Below are positions 35,536-44,973 of a DNA stretch of 64,000 bases, piece by piece. How positions within the stretch are numbered: the stretch's first letter is position 1; every line of letters starts with the position of its first letter. The notes under the pieces were generated by a model. That model saw only the letters and a list, made by a program, of their open reading frames with translations, was not told where the DNA came from and did not search any database. Location of the stretch: the NCBI GenBank assembly GCA_038214755.1, contig JBBQRQ010000010.1, positions 14,403-78,402 of the forward strand. Reading direction: 5' to 3'. The position numbers and the translations under genes were made by a program. The DNA is from Verrucomicrobiota bacterium. Its GTDB lineage: Bacteria > Verrucomicrobiota > Verrucomicrobiia > Limisphaerales > CANJXF01.

Positions 35536-35952
35536 TTATTTCTTAATCCGCGATGGCTTGAACGGATAAAATTCTACTTTGCAAAAGCGTGAGTCACGAA
35601 TCGCGGCATCACAAGTTATCAACGTCAGATGGAACGCCCGCGCTGTCGCGGCAATAACGCGGTCAAAGGGATCGCCCGGAAAATTAGACGGTAGTTCATT
35701 TGTCAAAGCCGCGATCTCAGGAGTCATTTCGATCAACTCCATGTCCGAAGCGAGGCCGAGCTTGAAAAATTCAGCCAACGTTCCGTCCAATTTCAAACGT
35801 CCTCGGCGATGATGGATCGCGCATTCCAAGAGGCTGACAGGGCATAACCCTTTTTTCTCGTCGCTATCCAGAAGTTGTTGAATTCGTGAAGGAATAACCT
35901 CCGGCAACAAAACGTTGTTTGCCCACGGCGAAGTATCCAGCAGATAGCGCAC
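35536..35952 (-). CDS. PIN-domain (VapC) toxin
   Basis: MRYLLDT, VSLLE and GDPFDRVIAATA..LTLITCD. Confidence 0.9.
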   Translation of the reverse strand: MRYLLDTSPWANNVLLPEVIPSRIQQLLDSDEKKGLCPVSLLECAIHHRRGRLKLDGTLAEFFKLGLASDMELIEMTPEIAALTNELPSNFPGDPFDRVIAATARAFHLTLITCDAAIRDSRFCKVEFYPFKPSRIKK

Positions 35953-36171
35953 TTACATTATCCCTTTCCATTCTGATTTTTCAACGGGCGCCGGCGACAG
36001 AGCGATTCCTTTCGACATCTTTTTCCCAGCGCCGACGTGTCGCGAAGATTTTTCCATTTTGAAAATGTATCTCCGGCCTTCCCGATCCACTAATCGAACC
36101 GCTGTGCCGGTCGCGGCTTGGCGCTTGAAATGGGAGAACCGTTTGATGAAATCGCGAGTGATAACGCTCAT
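35953..36171 (-). CDS. Putative antitoxin (Phd-like) for the VapC
   Basis: Short basic ORF MSVITRDFIKRFSHFKRQAATGTAV abutting the vapC start. Confidence 0.65.
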   Translation of the reverse strand: MSVITRDFIKRFSHFKRQAATGTAVRLVDREGRRYIFKMEKSSRHVGAGKKMSKGIALSPAPVEKSEWKGIM

Positions 36172-36292
36172 GTCAGGCATTATGTATGACAAAAAATTTC
36201 TGTCAACGAAAGCTAAAGCAGAATCGTTCGCGCGCCCGGAATGCGGACGCGCTCCTTTCGCGAATGTCGATGCTTGGTCCTCTACCCGCACT

Positions 36293-37546
36293 TCATGGAA
36301 TCGGAATCGGGCCGGGCAAGACGCGGTAAAATTTCGTGGACAGCGATGCGGGCTGGGAGTCATACCAAATCACCGTCGGCATGTTTAGCGTGAGATTCGT
36401 CACGCCTATCCAACTGTTGGTGTTGGATAAGTCCAGGGTTGTTTGGATGCCGTAGGTTTGGCCCACGACGCCGTCAATCGTCACGCCCGGATAGAGCGCG
36501 ATGGAAACACCCGCAGGATTCACAGTGAGAATCGCAGGGTTACTCGTAATGCTACCAGATGAATTAACCACCACTACTGCATAACGTCCGGCGTTTGTGA
36601 ATTGGAGATTGGTAAGAACAAGAGTCGTATTCGTCGCGCCGAAAATTTGGTTCGTGCCAAAGAACCATTGATAACTCAGTGGCGCGGTTCCTGTCGCAAG
36701 CACGCCAAATGATGCGCTCTTTCCCCAATAACCAACCTGACTTTGAGGTTGGTTAATGATTCGTGGACTGGCACACATTCCGGCATTCCCAGCCGCATAA
36801 ATTGCTGAAATCTCGCTTGAAGTAAGCGCGCGGTTAAAGATAGAGACCTCGTCAATTTTTCCAGCAAAAAAACCATCTAAAACAACAACATTGCCATCAT
36901 CAAGATCAAGACGTGCTCCAATTTGCACAGACGAATCATCTTGAGCATAAGAGCCGGAGTATTGGTTTGGATCTTGAATACCGTTAATGAAAAGTTTGGC
37001 TATGGATCCATCATAGGTTCCTGTGACAAAGTACCATTGGTTGGTACTCAGGACGGTGGCTGACTCCACATAGGGCCAACTCGATCCGTTTGGAATATGC
37101 AAATGAAGACGACCATTCGATTCCACGCGAAATTCAAAATTCATGTAGTAATGACCGGGCACATTATGAATTTTCGTAATAATTGCTGAGAATCCATTAG
37201 TTGTGTTGTATGACGTCAAATAAATCCAAGCGCTGAGGGTGAATTGAGTCGGATTGATACCACTGCCAACACTGACATATCCATTTGTTCCATTCAGGTT
37301 AAACGACGTGCCAACTTCTCCCGCTGCGTACGAAACGCCGCCAGCCAACGTCCCATTGTTTGTTCCGGCATTATCAAGAGCGTTCCCATCAGCCAACCAC
37401 CAATGCCACAAACCTGACGGTGGTGGTAAACAGTCCGCTGTCGCGTTTTGCGGGCCAGTGACAAGACTGGCGAGGCTCAAGATAGTTGCCAGGACGCCCG
37501 ACCAAATGCCGATTCCATTCTTTTTTATGATTGAATTGATTTTCAT
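36293..37546 (-). CDS. Secreted LamG/concanavalin + Ig-domain protein
   Basis: Start MKINSIIKK. WWLADGNALD and FAGKIDEVSIFNRAL (LamG), QPQSQ..GTAPLSYQW..NAGRYAVVV (Ig), C-terminal FYRV. AT-richer than core genes. Confidence 0.85.
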   Translation of the reverse strand: MKINSIIKKNGIGIWSGVLATILSLASLVTGPQNATADCLPPPSGLWHWWLADGNALDNAGTNNGTLAGGVSYAAGEVGTSFNLNGTNGYVSVGSGINPTQFTLSAWIYLTSYNTTNGFSAIITKIHNVPGHYYMNFEFRVESNGRLHLHIPNGSSWPYVESATVLSTNQWYFVTGTYDGSIAKLFINGIQDPNQYSGSYAQDDSSVQIGARLDLDDGNVVVLDGFFAGKIDEVSIFNRALTSSEISAIYAAGNAGMCASPRIINQPQSQVGYWGKSASFGVLATGTAPLSYQWFFGTNQIFGATNTTLVLTNLQFTNAGRYAVVVVNSSGSITSNPAILTVNPAGVSIALYPGVTIDGVVGQTYGIQTTLDLSNTNSWIGVTNLTLNMPTVIWYDSQPASLSTKFYRVLPGPIPIP

Positions 37547-37601
37547 GATTTTACTTCGCTGTTGTTTTGTTGCTCCATGCGAAACTTGCGGATTGCGGAA
37601 T

Positions 37602-37712
37602 AAAAAAGGGCGCGAACTTGTCGCACCCTCATCGGAGGCACCGCGAAGCGCCTGGAGAAAGAATGCTCCAAGCCGCGCCGGGTGGCACGTGCTTGGGCAG
37701 GGTCTTTCTCCG
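37602..37712 (-). ncRNA. Candidate structured 5' leader / attenuator
   Basis: Minus strand shows GGAGAAAGA...TCTTTCTCC pairing, a GGCGC-TTCG-CGGTGCC hairpin, and a GGCGCG...CGCGCC stem followed by a U-tract. Confidence 0.35.
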
Positions 37713-37966
37713 TAAAATTCGCGGTTTTCCGATGAGACCGTAGCCGAGCTACGCAAAATGGTTTTCTGTTTTTGGTTTACATAGGTTCGTTTGCCCGCAC
37801 TTCGCGGACGTTTTGACCTTCGTGAAATGTGTCGGTCGTGTCAAGCAGGCAGGCAGGAATTTTGATTCGGCCTTTAGAAAAGGGGGCGCTTTCCATCAAA
37901 AGGCGAAGATTGGCGTATTCGCGGGACGAAAGGAATACCGGGGATGCGTCGCCGGTAAAATTTGAT

Positions 37967-38449
37967 TCACCCGTTTTGTTCCCTAAGAATCGCTTCGAGT
38001 TCGGCCAGCGCATCCAAATCCTTTGGGCGACCGGCGGCGCGCTTCAGTCTGATGAGTGTCGGTAAATCCACACACTTGAATTTTACGTGGAAAGCTTCCA
38101 AATCAAAACTGTGTGCGATCAACTCACGGTAAGTGCCGCCGCCAATTACCTCGCCCAATAAATCCAAATCGCCCAGCTCAGTCGTCAGCGTGAAATTCAA
38201 TCCGTTACGAATCGTTCGTTCGTCAAATGTGAACGGCAATCCAGGCGGCGCGCCGCGCAAGTAAGGTTTGAAGGGTTGCAGTGCTTGCACGAGACGTTTG
38301 TGATTCACTGAGTTGCGCGCGTAAATCACGTCCACGTCGTAGGTCACGCGCGCGGAGCCGTGAATGATTCCCGCCACGCCACCAATCAGAATAAATTCGA
38401 CTCCTCCTTGGACGAGAACCGGCAATAGCTTATCAAACTCAGCGCTCAT
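37967..38449 (-). CDS. Nucleotidyltransferase-fold protein
   Basis: FILIGGVAGIIHGSARVTYDVDV (GG..D.D) and LIRLKRAAGRPKD. Confidence 0.85.
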   Translation of the reverse strand: MSAEFDKLLPVLVQGGVEFILIGGVAGIIHGSARVTYDVDVIYARNSVNHKRLVQALQPFKPYLRGAPPGLPFTFDERTIRNGLNFTLTTELGDLDLLGEVIGGGTYRELIAHSFDLEAFHVKFKCVDLPTLIRLKRAAGRPKDLDALAELEAILREQNG

Positions 38450-38619
38450 TGCTTGGCGCGGAATTTTTCTCCGGCACTTTTCAATGTCGCGGTGAAGCGA
38501 GAGAAGCGAACAAATTTTTCCAAACGTTGTCCCGGCGTGAGCTTCAAGTTTTCCCGCAGCAATGTGCGGTCAACATCGCGCAAATAAAATTCCACCACGG
38601 GATCGGTCTTTGGTTTCAT
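38446..38619 (-). CDS. 57-aa protein coupled to the nucleotidyltransferase
   Basis: Own translation MKPKTDPVVEFYLRDVDRTLLRENLKLTPGQRLEKFVRFSRFTATLKSAGEKFRAKQ*, with ATGA overlap. Below the ORF-track cutoff. Confidence 0.7.
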   Translation of the reverse strand: MKPKTDPVVEFYLRDVDRTLLRENLKLTPGQRLEKFVRFSRFTATLKSAGEKFRAKQ

Positions 38620-38649
38620 CAAGGGCGATAAACTAGCAGGTTGATTTTT

Positions 38650-41283
38650 TCAGGCAAACCTCTCCGTGTCGAAGAAATTTCGGATTTCCTCCGCAGGATT
38701 TTGCGCGATTAATTCCGCCGGAGTTTCATCGAACCAATCTTTCGGCAAATAATCAGCATACGGCGATTGCAAAAATCTTTGGCAAATCAGCGCGATGACG
38801 CCGCGATCGGTTTCACTGCGAATCAGTCGTCCCGCCGCTTGAATGACGCGAGTCATGCCGGGTTGCAAATAGGCGTAGCCGAAACCGGCTTGCTCCTGCT
38901 CATCGAAATAGCGGCGCAACAATTCGCGCTCGAAGGAAACCTGGGGTAGCGCAGGCGACACAACAAAAACCCCGGACAGAAGTTCGCCGGGATAATCCAC
39001 GCCCTCGGCATACATCCCGCCGAGAACGGCAAAGAGAAGAACTTTTTCCGATTTCGCAGCGGACAACGCGCGGAAAATCTCCTGGCGTTCCACATCCGGA
39101 ACGTTGGGCCGCTGCCGCAAAAGTCGCGCGGAAGTTGGCGGCATCAAATCGGCGACCTTGCTCAAAAAAGTATAGCTCGGAAATAAAGCCAGAACATTTC
39201 CGGGAACAGCGTCAGCCATTTCAGCGATCAGTTTGGCGATGCGCGGAAAGTTTTTTTCGCGCGCGGCAAAAGTCGTTCGCACTTGCGGGACAATTAAAAT
39301 TTTTCGGTTCTCGCGTGGAAACGGCGGCGGCAGAGAAATCGATTTGGTTTTCTCGCGCGCCAGACCCAAAACCCGTTGCGTCGTTTCAAAAGGTTGCAGC
39401 GTGGCGGAGAGAAAGATGGTGGACGCGGCGGACTTGAAAATCGGCGCGAGCGGTCGCGCGGGATCGAGGCAGACCAGCGCGAGTCGAATTCCTTTGTCCG
39501 TTCGCTCAACGACAGAGGTGAAACCGGGACCGAATAAATTTAGCGTCGCGAGAAATCGGTGTAGAGCAAAGTGGCAATCGAGGATAGAATCCTCCGCTGC
39601 GGCGATTTTGTTTTCGCGTTTCCAGGAAAGATACCGGATGAATCGCGGCTCCCACTCCTTCCAGATTTGGCGAAGTTCCTTGATTGGCGGCGTTGTTTCG
39701 GCGATGGCGGTTTCTCCCGACAATATTTCTGCCGTCGTGTGGAGCAGCGCGATGACGGACGCGAAGGTGTCGCGGATTTGATTGAACAAATAATCGGTTT
39801 GGTCAGCAGGCTGTTCCAAAGTGAAAAGCCCTTGTCCCAAATCTTTGTCCACAAAACGCTCGCCCTCACCCCGGCCCTCTCCCCCGAGGAGAGGGAGAAC
39901 GGTTCGCAGTTCGCGGGTGAATTTGGGTGGCGTTGGTTGTTGGTGCGGCGTTGATCGAAGGTTCCGCTGTGCGCGAATACTCCCTCTCCTGGGGGAGAGG
40001 GCTGGGGTGAGGGCGGACAATCCGGTGAGGGCGGGCAATCCCTCCCACGCGCTTTGAAAAATCTCCTCGCGCAGTTCCGGCGAAAAAATTTGTCGCGCGC
40101 GGTCCGCCAGATTGTGCGCTTCGTCCACAACTAGAATTTTATTTTCCAAATCTTCGAGTTGCTTCATCGAAACGCCCGGATCGAAAATGTAATTGTAATC
40201 CGCCACAACGGCATCGGCGCGTGCAGCCAATTCCAGTTGCACTTCAAAGGGGCAAACTTTTTCGCGTTTGGCTTCTGCAAAAACGGCGCTCGGATCGTGG
40301 TGCGTTTGCGTTTCGCGCAGGCGTTCGAGCAGTCCGGATTTCTCCATTTTCTCAGGATAATTTTTTGCGTATGGACAAAAATCTTCGTGGCAAATCACCC
40401 GGTCATTGGCGCACATTTTTTCTTTCGAGCGCATTTGCAACGTGCGGAATCCACCTTCCCGATTCATGGCGACGAGCGCGTCTGACGCCATTTTCTGCTG
40501 CAATGTTTTTGCGGTGAGAAAGAAAAGTTGTTTCCCGCTCGACAGCGCTTCCACCAGGGCTGGATGAATTCCGGCGGCAGTTTTTCCAGAACCGGTCGGC
40601 GCTTCCGCCAGCAAATTTTCGCGCACCCAGACCGCTTGTTGGACGGCGTCGATCAATTTCACCTGACCGGGCCGAGGCGAGTCGTGCGGAAACGGGAGAT
40701 GCGCGGCAATCGTCGCCTTTTTTTTGCGAATGATTTCTTCGGATTTCCAAACGGCCACGAGACGTCGAAGTCGCGATTCGATTTCTTTTTGTTGCGCTGC
40801 TTCGTCGTAGGAAATTTCAAACGGAAATTCTTTTCCCGTCGCGAGATCAACGTAAACGAGAGAACCGAAGATGGGCGAGTGACCGAGTTGCCGCCAGAGA
40901 TGGCAATAAATTAAAAGCTGTCGGCAGTGGCGCTCGAAACTTTGTCCGAAAGGCCGGACGTGCGCGGAGGGCGAATAGGAGGACTTAAATTCTTCGATGA
41001 GCCATGAGCCGTCGTCGCGTTGAAAACATCCGTCGAGCCGGCCCGTGACGATGGCCGTCCAATCGCCGAGGGAAAATTTTGTTTCGAGAGAAATCTCACG
41101 GGAATATTTGACGTCGGCCTGGCAGCGTTTTTCCAAAATCCCCGTGTGCAATTCCGCGCCGAGTCCAAGGCGGTTCCAGGATTCGCCGCGCTCAAATCCG
41201 ATGCGATGAAAGCCTTCCTCTTCCGTCAGTTCGCGGACGGATACGGTCAGAATTTTTGTCGCTTCATCAAATCTCAACGGCAT
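38650..41283 (-). CDS. PD-(D/E)XK nuclease-fused DinG/XPD-family Fe-S helicase
   Basis: GRLDG...IEEFKS nuclease motif, APTGSGKT, Cys cluster (CAND..CHEDFCPY..CPFE), VVDEAHN, QAAGRLIRSETDRG. Confidence 0.9.
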   Translation of the reverse strand: MPLRFDEATKILTVSVRELTEEEGFHRIGFERGESWNRLGLGAELHTGILEKRCQADVKYSREISLETKFSLGDWTAIVTGRLDGCFQRDDGSWLIEEFKSSYSPSAHVRPFGQSFERHCRQLLIYCHLWRQLGHSPIFGSLVYVDLATGKEFPFEISYDEAAQQKEIESRLRRLVAVWKSEEIIRKKKATIAAHLPFPHDSPRPGQVKLIDAVQQAVWVRENLLAEAPTGSGKTAAGIHPALVEALSSGKQLFFLTAKTLQQKMASDALVAMNREGGFRTLQMRSKEKMCANDRVICHEDFCPYAKNYPEKMEKSGLLERLRETQTHHDPSAVFAEAKREKVCPFEVQLELAARADAVVADYNYIFDPGVSMKQLEDLENKILVVDEAHNLADRARQIFSPELREEIFQSAWEGLPALTGLSALTPALSPRRGSIRAQRNLRSTPHQQPTPPKFTRELRTVLPLLGGEGRGEGERFVDKDLGQGLFTLEQPADQTDYLFNQIRDTFASVIALLHTTAEILSGETAIAETTPPIKELRQIWKEWEPRFIRYLSWKRENKIAAAEDSILDCHFALHRFLATLNLFGPGFTSVVERTDKGIRLALVCLDPARPLAPIFKSAASTIFLSATLQPFETTQRVLGLAREKTKSISLPPPFPRENRKILIVPQVRTTFAAREKNFPRIAKLIAEMADAVPGNVLALFPSYTFLSKVADLMPPTSARLLRQRPNVPDVERQEIFRALSAAKSEKVLLFAVLGGMYAEGVDYPGELLSGVFVVSPALPQVSFERELLRRYFDEQEQAGFGYAYLQPGMTRVIQAAGRLIRSETDRGVIALICQRFLQSPYADYLPKDWFDETPAELIAQNPAEEIRNFFDTERFA
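39862..40014. repeat. Palindromic element in frame inside the helicase gene
   Basis: GCCCTCACCCCGGCCCTCTCCCCCGAGGAGAGGGAG ... CTCCCTCTCCTGGGGGAGAGGGCTGGGGTGAGGGC, translating as LTPALSPRRG...PLLGGEGRGEG. Confidence 0.88.
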
Positions 41284-41368
41284 GGCTGGAGTTTAGCACG
41301 TGAGATGTTTTTGGCCGAAGGATTTGTCGCCGGCGTTGCGCCGTTCCAGCATCGTCGAAATTCGCGGA

Positions 41369-41450
41369 GCGTCTTGGACTGCGGTAGTCCTCTACCGCTT
41401 TTTAGAGTTAGCCGTTCAAAGCGCCAGAGGACTGGCGCAGTCCAAGACGC
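41369..41450. repeat. REP-B doublet
   Basis: GCGTCTTGGACTGCGGTAGTCCTCTACCGCTTT ... AAAGCGCCAGAGGACTGGCGCAGTCCAAGACGC. Confidence 0.85.
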
Positions 41451-41510
41451 TTCGCGCAGTTCGTGTTCGATGTGGGAAAAATTAAACCCGAACGTTGAAC
41501 ATCGAAATGA

Positions 41511-41540
41511 TTTCGCACCCGCCGGAGGCAGAGGCTACCC
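41511..41540. repeat. Solo copy of the 8745/9260 inverted-repeat end
   Basis: TTTCGCACCCGCCGGAGGCAGAGGCTACCC. Confidence 0.8.
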
Positions 41541-41549
41541 GTCCAAAGC

Positions 41550-41725
41550 GGGTGTGTTTACAAGTGGCGTTCACGTAGCGCAGGATTGCATCCTGCGGTA
41601 TCGCCGGTTTGAAACCGGCTGAACGTCGCAAATAGAAAAAGTCTTTGGTTTTCGAAAGTCTCCCGTTCTGGCGGCATCTCGCAGGTTGAAAACCTGCGAT
41701 ACGGCAGGATGCAATCCTGCGCTAC
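41550..41725. mobile_element. MITE left end + REP-A doublet
   Basis: GGGTGTGTTTACAAGTGGCGTTCAC followed by the REP-A pair at 41575-41725, with the shared spacer. Confidence 0.85.
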
Positions 41726-41776
41726 TAACGCGGCGCGCTTGACGTTCATTTCCTCGCGTTTACTATCGAAATCGCC

Positions 41777-42742
41777 ATGAGAATTTCTCGAATTATTTTT
41801 GCCGCGTCGCTTTGTTTTGGCGGAATCGTTCAAGCCGCCCTCGTCAACGGGATCAACGCGGTGGTCAACGACGCGGTCATTACCTACGATCAGGTTGAGC
41901 GCGGTCTGGCGCCGTTCTACGAAATTATCCAGCGGCAATATCGCAACGAGCCGGCGGTTTTGGAACAGAAGCTCCAGGAATTGCGCACGCGGCAAATGGA
42001 AGAGTTGGTCGAGCGGCAACTGATTTTGGCGGAGTTCAAACGCGCTGGATATAATTTGCCGGAAAGTTTTATTGACGACGCGGTGCGCGAGGAGATTCGC
42101 AAAAATTTTTACGGAGACCGCGCGAAGATGACCAAGACGCTCCAGGCGGAAGGGCTGACTTTTGAAGCGTTTCGCCAGCAGCAGCGCGAAAAAATCATCG
42201 TCGATTATTTGCGGCAACAAAATCTTTCCGCGCAAAAAATTTTAATTTCTCCTTACAAAATCGAGACCTATTACAAAGAGCATCAGGACGATTTCAAATT
42301 AAGCGACCAGATAAAAGTGCGCATGATTGTGCTCAATCAACCCGAAAACGCGCCGCCGGGCACGGCGAAAAAAATCGCGGAGGAAGTTTTGAAAAAAGTT
42401 GAAGAAGGCGCTTCGTTCGCGGAGATGGCGACGATCTATTCTCAAAGCTCACAGCGGAGTGAAGGCGGAGATCGCGGCTGGATCGAGCGGGGCAAGAGCG
42501 ATTTGAAAAAAGAATTGGTCGATGCGGCGTTCGCGCTCAAGGCGGGTCAAAGAAGCGGGGTCATCGAATTTCCAGAAGCCTGTTTTTTAATTCAAGTGGA
42601 TGAAGTTCGTCCGACTCATATCCGCTCGCTCGATGAAGTGCGCGCGGAAATCGAAAAAACTTTGATGAACCAGGAGTCGGCCCGCTTGCACAAAAAGTGG
42701 ATCGATCGGCTCAAGAGCAAAGCCTACGTGCGATATTTTTGA
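41777..42742 (+). CDS. SurA-like parvulin peptidyl-prolyl isomerase
   Basis: Signal peptide, NGINAVVNDAVIT (SurA N-domain) and SFAEMATIYSQ..GGDRGW. Lies upstream of pdxA. Confidence 0.85.
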   Translation: MRISRIIFAASLCFGGIVQAALVNGINAVVNDAVITYDQVERGLAPFYEIIQRQYRNEPAVLEQKLQELRTRQMEELVERQLILAEFKRAGYNLPESFIDDAVREEIRKNFYGDRAKMTKTLQAEGLTFEAFRQQQREKIIVDYLRQQNLSAQKILISPYKIETYYKEHQDDFKLSDQIKVRMIVLNQPENAPPGTAKKIAEEVLKKVEEGASFAEMATIYSQSSQRSEGGDRGWIERGKSDLKKELVDAAFALKAGQRSGVIEFPEACFLIQVDEVRPTHIRSLDEVRAEIEKTLMNQESARLHKKWIDRLKSKAYVRYF

Positions 42743-42751
42743 AGTGAGACG

Positions 42752-42822
42752 GTAGCCGCTGACGTGAGGAGGCGGATCCCTGGTCGTTAAGTCAAAATCC
42801 GCCTCCTCACATCGGCGGCTAC
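42752..42822. repeat. REP-F doublet
   Basis: GTAGCCGCTGACGTGAGGAGGCGGAT ... ATCCGCCTCCTCACATCGGCGGCTAC. Confidence 0.85.
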
Positions 42823-42857
42823 AAGCGCACAATTCAAATCACCATGTCGAAATTTTT

Positions 42858-43850
42858 ATGACCGGTTGGATTGCTATTTCGCTCGGAGACGTGACCGGCA
42901 TCGGGCCGGAAGTCACGCTCAAGGCCCTCGCGGCGGAAATGACTGCGGATGATTGCCGCTATCTTCTCATCGGAGATGTTGAACTCACTCAACGTCTCAA
43001 CCAAACACTCGGTTTGAACCTCCCATTGGAAACAGATGATCCACAAAAATCCTTGGGCCGTTTTTGTGTGCACAATCCACTGCCCGATTCTCTGCCGAAA
43101 GAATTGTCGCCCGGTTCCCCCGTCGCGGCACGAGCGGCCATCGCCTGGTTGACCGATGGAGCGCAACGCTGTTTGCGATTGGAGACGGAAGCGCTGGTCA
43201 CTGCGCCATTGAGCAAGGAATCGATTTTGCGCAGCGGCCAGCCGTTCATCGGGCAAACGGAATTTCTCTCTCAACTCGCCGGCACAAACCAAACCGCCAT
43301 GATGTTGCTCGGACAGGATGATCGTGGCCGCTGGTTGCGGGTGGCTTTGGCGACGACGCATCTCCCGCTGAAACTGGTCGCAACTCAATTGCGCGGGGAG
43401 AAAATCGAATTGGCCATTTCCCTCGCGGCCAAAGCGTGTCGAGACCTCGGCTTGGCGCGAGCGCGGATCGGCGTTTGCGCACTCAACCCTCACGCCGGCG
43501 AAGGAGGAGAATTGGGCACGGAAGAAACTGTTTTGATTGCGCCAGTGGTCGAGGCCGCACGGCAAAATGGGTTGGACGTGTCTGGACCATTCGCGGCTGA
43601 CTCGCTTTTTCATCACGCCTATCGCGGCGACTACGACGCGGTGGTGGCGATGTATCACGACCAGGGTTTGATCCCGCTGAAAATGATCGCGTTCGACAAT
43701 GGAGTGAATTGGACTTTGGGTTTGCCGTTTGTCAGGACTTCGCCCGATCACGGCACGGCTTACGACATTGCCGGGAAAGGCTGCGCCAATCCTTCCAGCA
43801 TGATCTCCGCGATTCGTTTGGCCAAACAATTGGCTCGACGCGGCAATTAA
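42858..43850 (+). CDS. pdxA: 4-hydroxythreonine-4-phosphate dehydrogenase
   Basis: GDVTGIGPE, LNPHAGE, AMYHDQGL, RTSPDHGTAYDIAG. Confidence 0.95.
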   Translation: MTGWIAISLGDVTGIGPEVTLKALAAEMTADDCRYLLIGDVELTQRLNQTLGLNLPLETDDPQKSLGRFCVHNPLPDSLPKELSPGSPVAARAAIAWLTDGAQRCLRLETEALVTAPLSKESILRSGQPFIGQTEFLSQLAGTNQTAMMLLGQDDRGRWLRVALATTHLPLKLVATQLRGEKIELAISLAAKACRDLGLARARIGVCALNPHAGEGGELGTEETVLIAPVVEAARQNGLDVSGPFAADSLFHHAYRGDYDAVVAMYHDQGLIPLKMIAFDNGVNWTLGLPFVRTSPDHGTAYDIAGKGCANPSSMISAIRLAKQLARRGN

Positions 43851-43935
43851 TTTGCGGAAGAAATTCAGCAGGAGCAAACCGAAGTAAATGATAAGACCTT
43901 TGCTCTTCAAGCAACGATGGGCCAAGCCGGATTCG

Positions 43936-44724
43936 TTAATTTAAGAACCCGGTCAACGGACTGGTCGCACTCGCCATTTCCGATTCCGCAGCCAAGCCGA
44001 TTTCATAAGCGTCACGCCCGCACTCGACCGCCATTCTAAATGCATTCGCCATACGCAACGGATCGGACGCGACGGCGATGGCGGTGTTGACCAGCACGGC
44101 ATCCGCGCCCATTTCCATCGCGGCGGCGGCGTGGCTGGGGGCGCCGAGTCCAGCATCCACCACCACCGGGACGGTGGCTTGCACGATAATGATTTCAATT
44201 TGCGCGCGCGTTTCGATGCCGCGATTTGAACCGATGGGCGAACCGAGCGGCATTACCGTCGCGACACCGATGTCCTGCAAACGTTTGGCCAAAACGGGAT
44301 CGGCATTGATGTAGGGCAAAACGACGAAACCTTCGCGCACCAAAATTTCGGCGGCTTTAAAAGTCTCGACGGGATCGGGCAGCAAGTAGCGCGGGTCGGG
44401 ATGAATTTCCAGTTTGATCCAGTTGGGCAAACCGGCGGCAACGGCCAGGCGTGAGAGGCGAACCGCTTCATCGGCATTCATGGCGCCGCTGGTGTTTGGG
44501 AGGAGAAGATATTTTTTCGCGTCGATGAATTCCAAAATATTCGCGAAAGGATCGCCTTTGCCGCTCAAGTCCGCGCGACGCAAGGCGACGGTTACGATCT
44601 CCGTTCCGCTGGCGGCCAAAGTTTGGCGCATAACTTCGGGCGCTGAAAACTTTCCGGTGCCGAGGAACAGACGCGAGCGGAATTGCCGGCCCGCAATCGT
44701 GAGTGAATTTTTTGCAAGCGACAT
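43936..44724 (-). CDS. thiG: Thiazole synthase
   Basis: [38 protein letters not shown]. Confidence 0.96.
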   Translation of the reverse strand: MSLAKNSLTIAGRQFRSRLFLGTGKFSAPEVMRQTLAASGTEIVTVALRRADLSGKGDPFANILEFIDAKKYLLLPNTSGAMNADEAVRLSRLAVAAGLPNWIKLEIHPDPRYLLPDPVETFKAAEILVREGFVVLPYINADPVLAKRLQDIGVATVMPLGSPIGSNRGIETRAQIEIIIVQATVPVVVDAGLGAPSHAAAAMEMGADAVLVNTAIAVASDPLRMANAFRMAVECGRDAYEIGLAAESEMASATSPLTGFLN

Positions 44725-44795
44725 TCTCGGCGAAGATAGGCCGCAGCAACCGGGGTTGTCGAGGCGTGTTGCTCAAGGTGAACCGGCGACACATC

Positions 44796-44926
44796 GTAGC
44801 GCAGCTTTGCAAGCTGCCGTATCGCAGGTTTTCAACCTGCGGCGGTTTCGATGTTTCGAGGGCGAGGTTTTTCAGCGTCCTGCCGGTTGCAAACCGGCGA
44901 TACGGCAGGTTGCAAACCTGCGCTAC
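44796..44926. repeat. REP-A doublet upstream of RAYT
   Basis: GTAGCGCAGCTTTGCAAGCTGCCGTATCGC ... GCGATACGGCAGGTTGCAAACCTGCGCTAC. Confidence 0.9.
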
Positions 44927-44973
44927 GGTCAAAACAATTGAATCTTTTGGGGCCAATTCGTAATTTCGCATAC

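Noticed and set aside
38650..41283. Type IV CRISPR (DinG) or Cas4 locus
   Set aside because: No array and no Cas5/6/7-like genes nearby. Stand-alone nuclease-DinG fusions are common.
44725..44800. TPP riboswitch upstream of thiG or the thiC remnants
   Set aside because: No CTGAGA...ACCTGA core recognisable.
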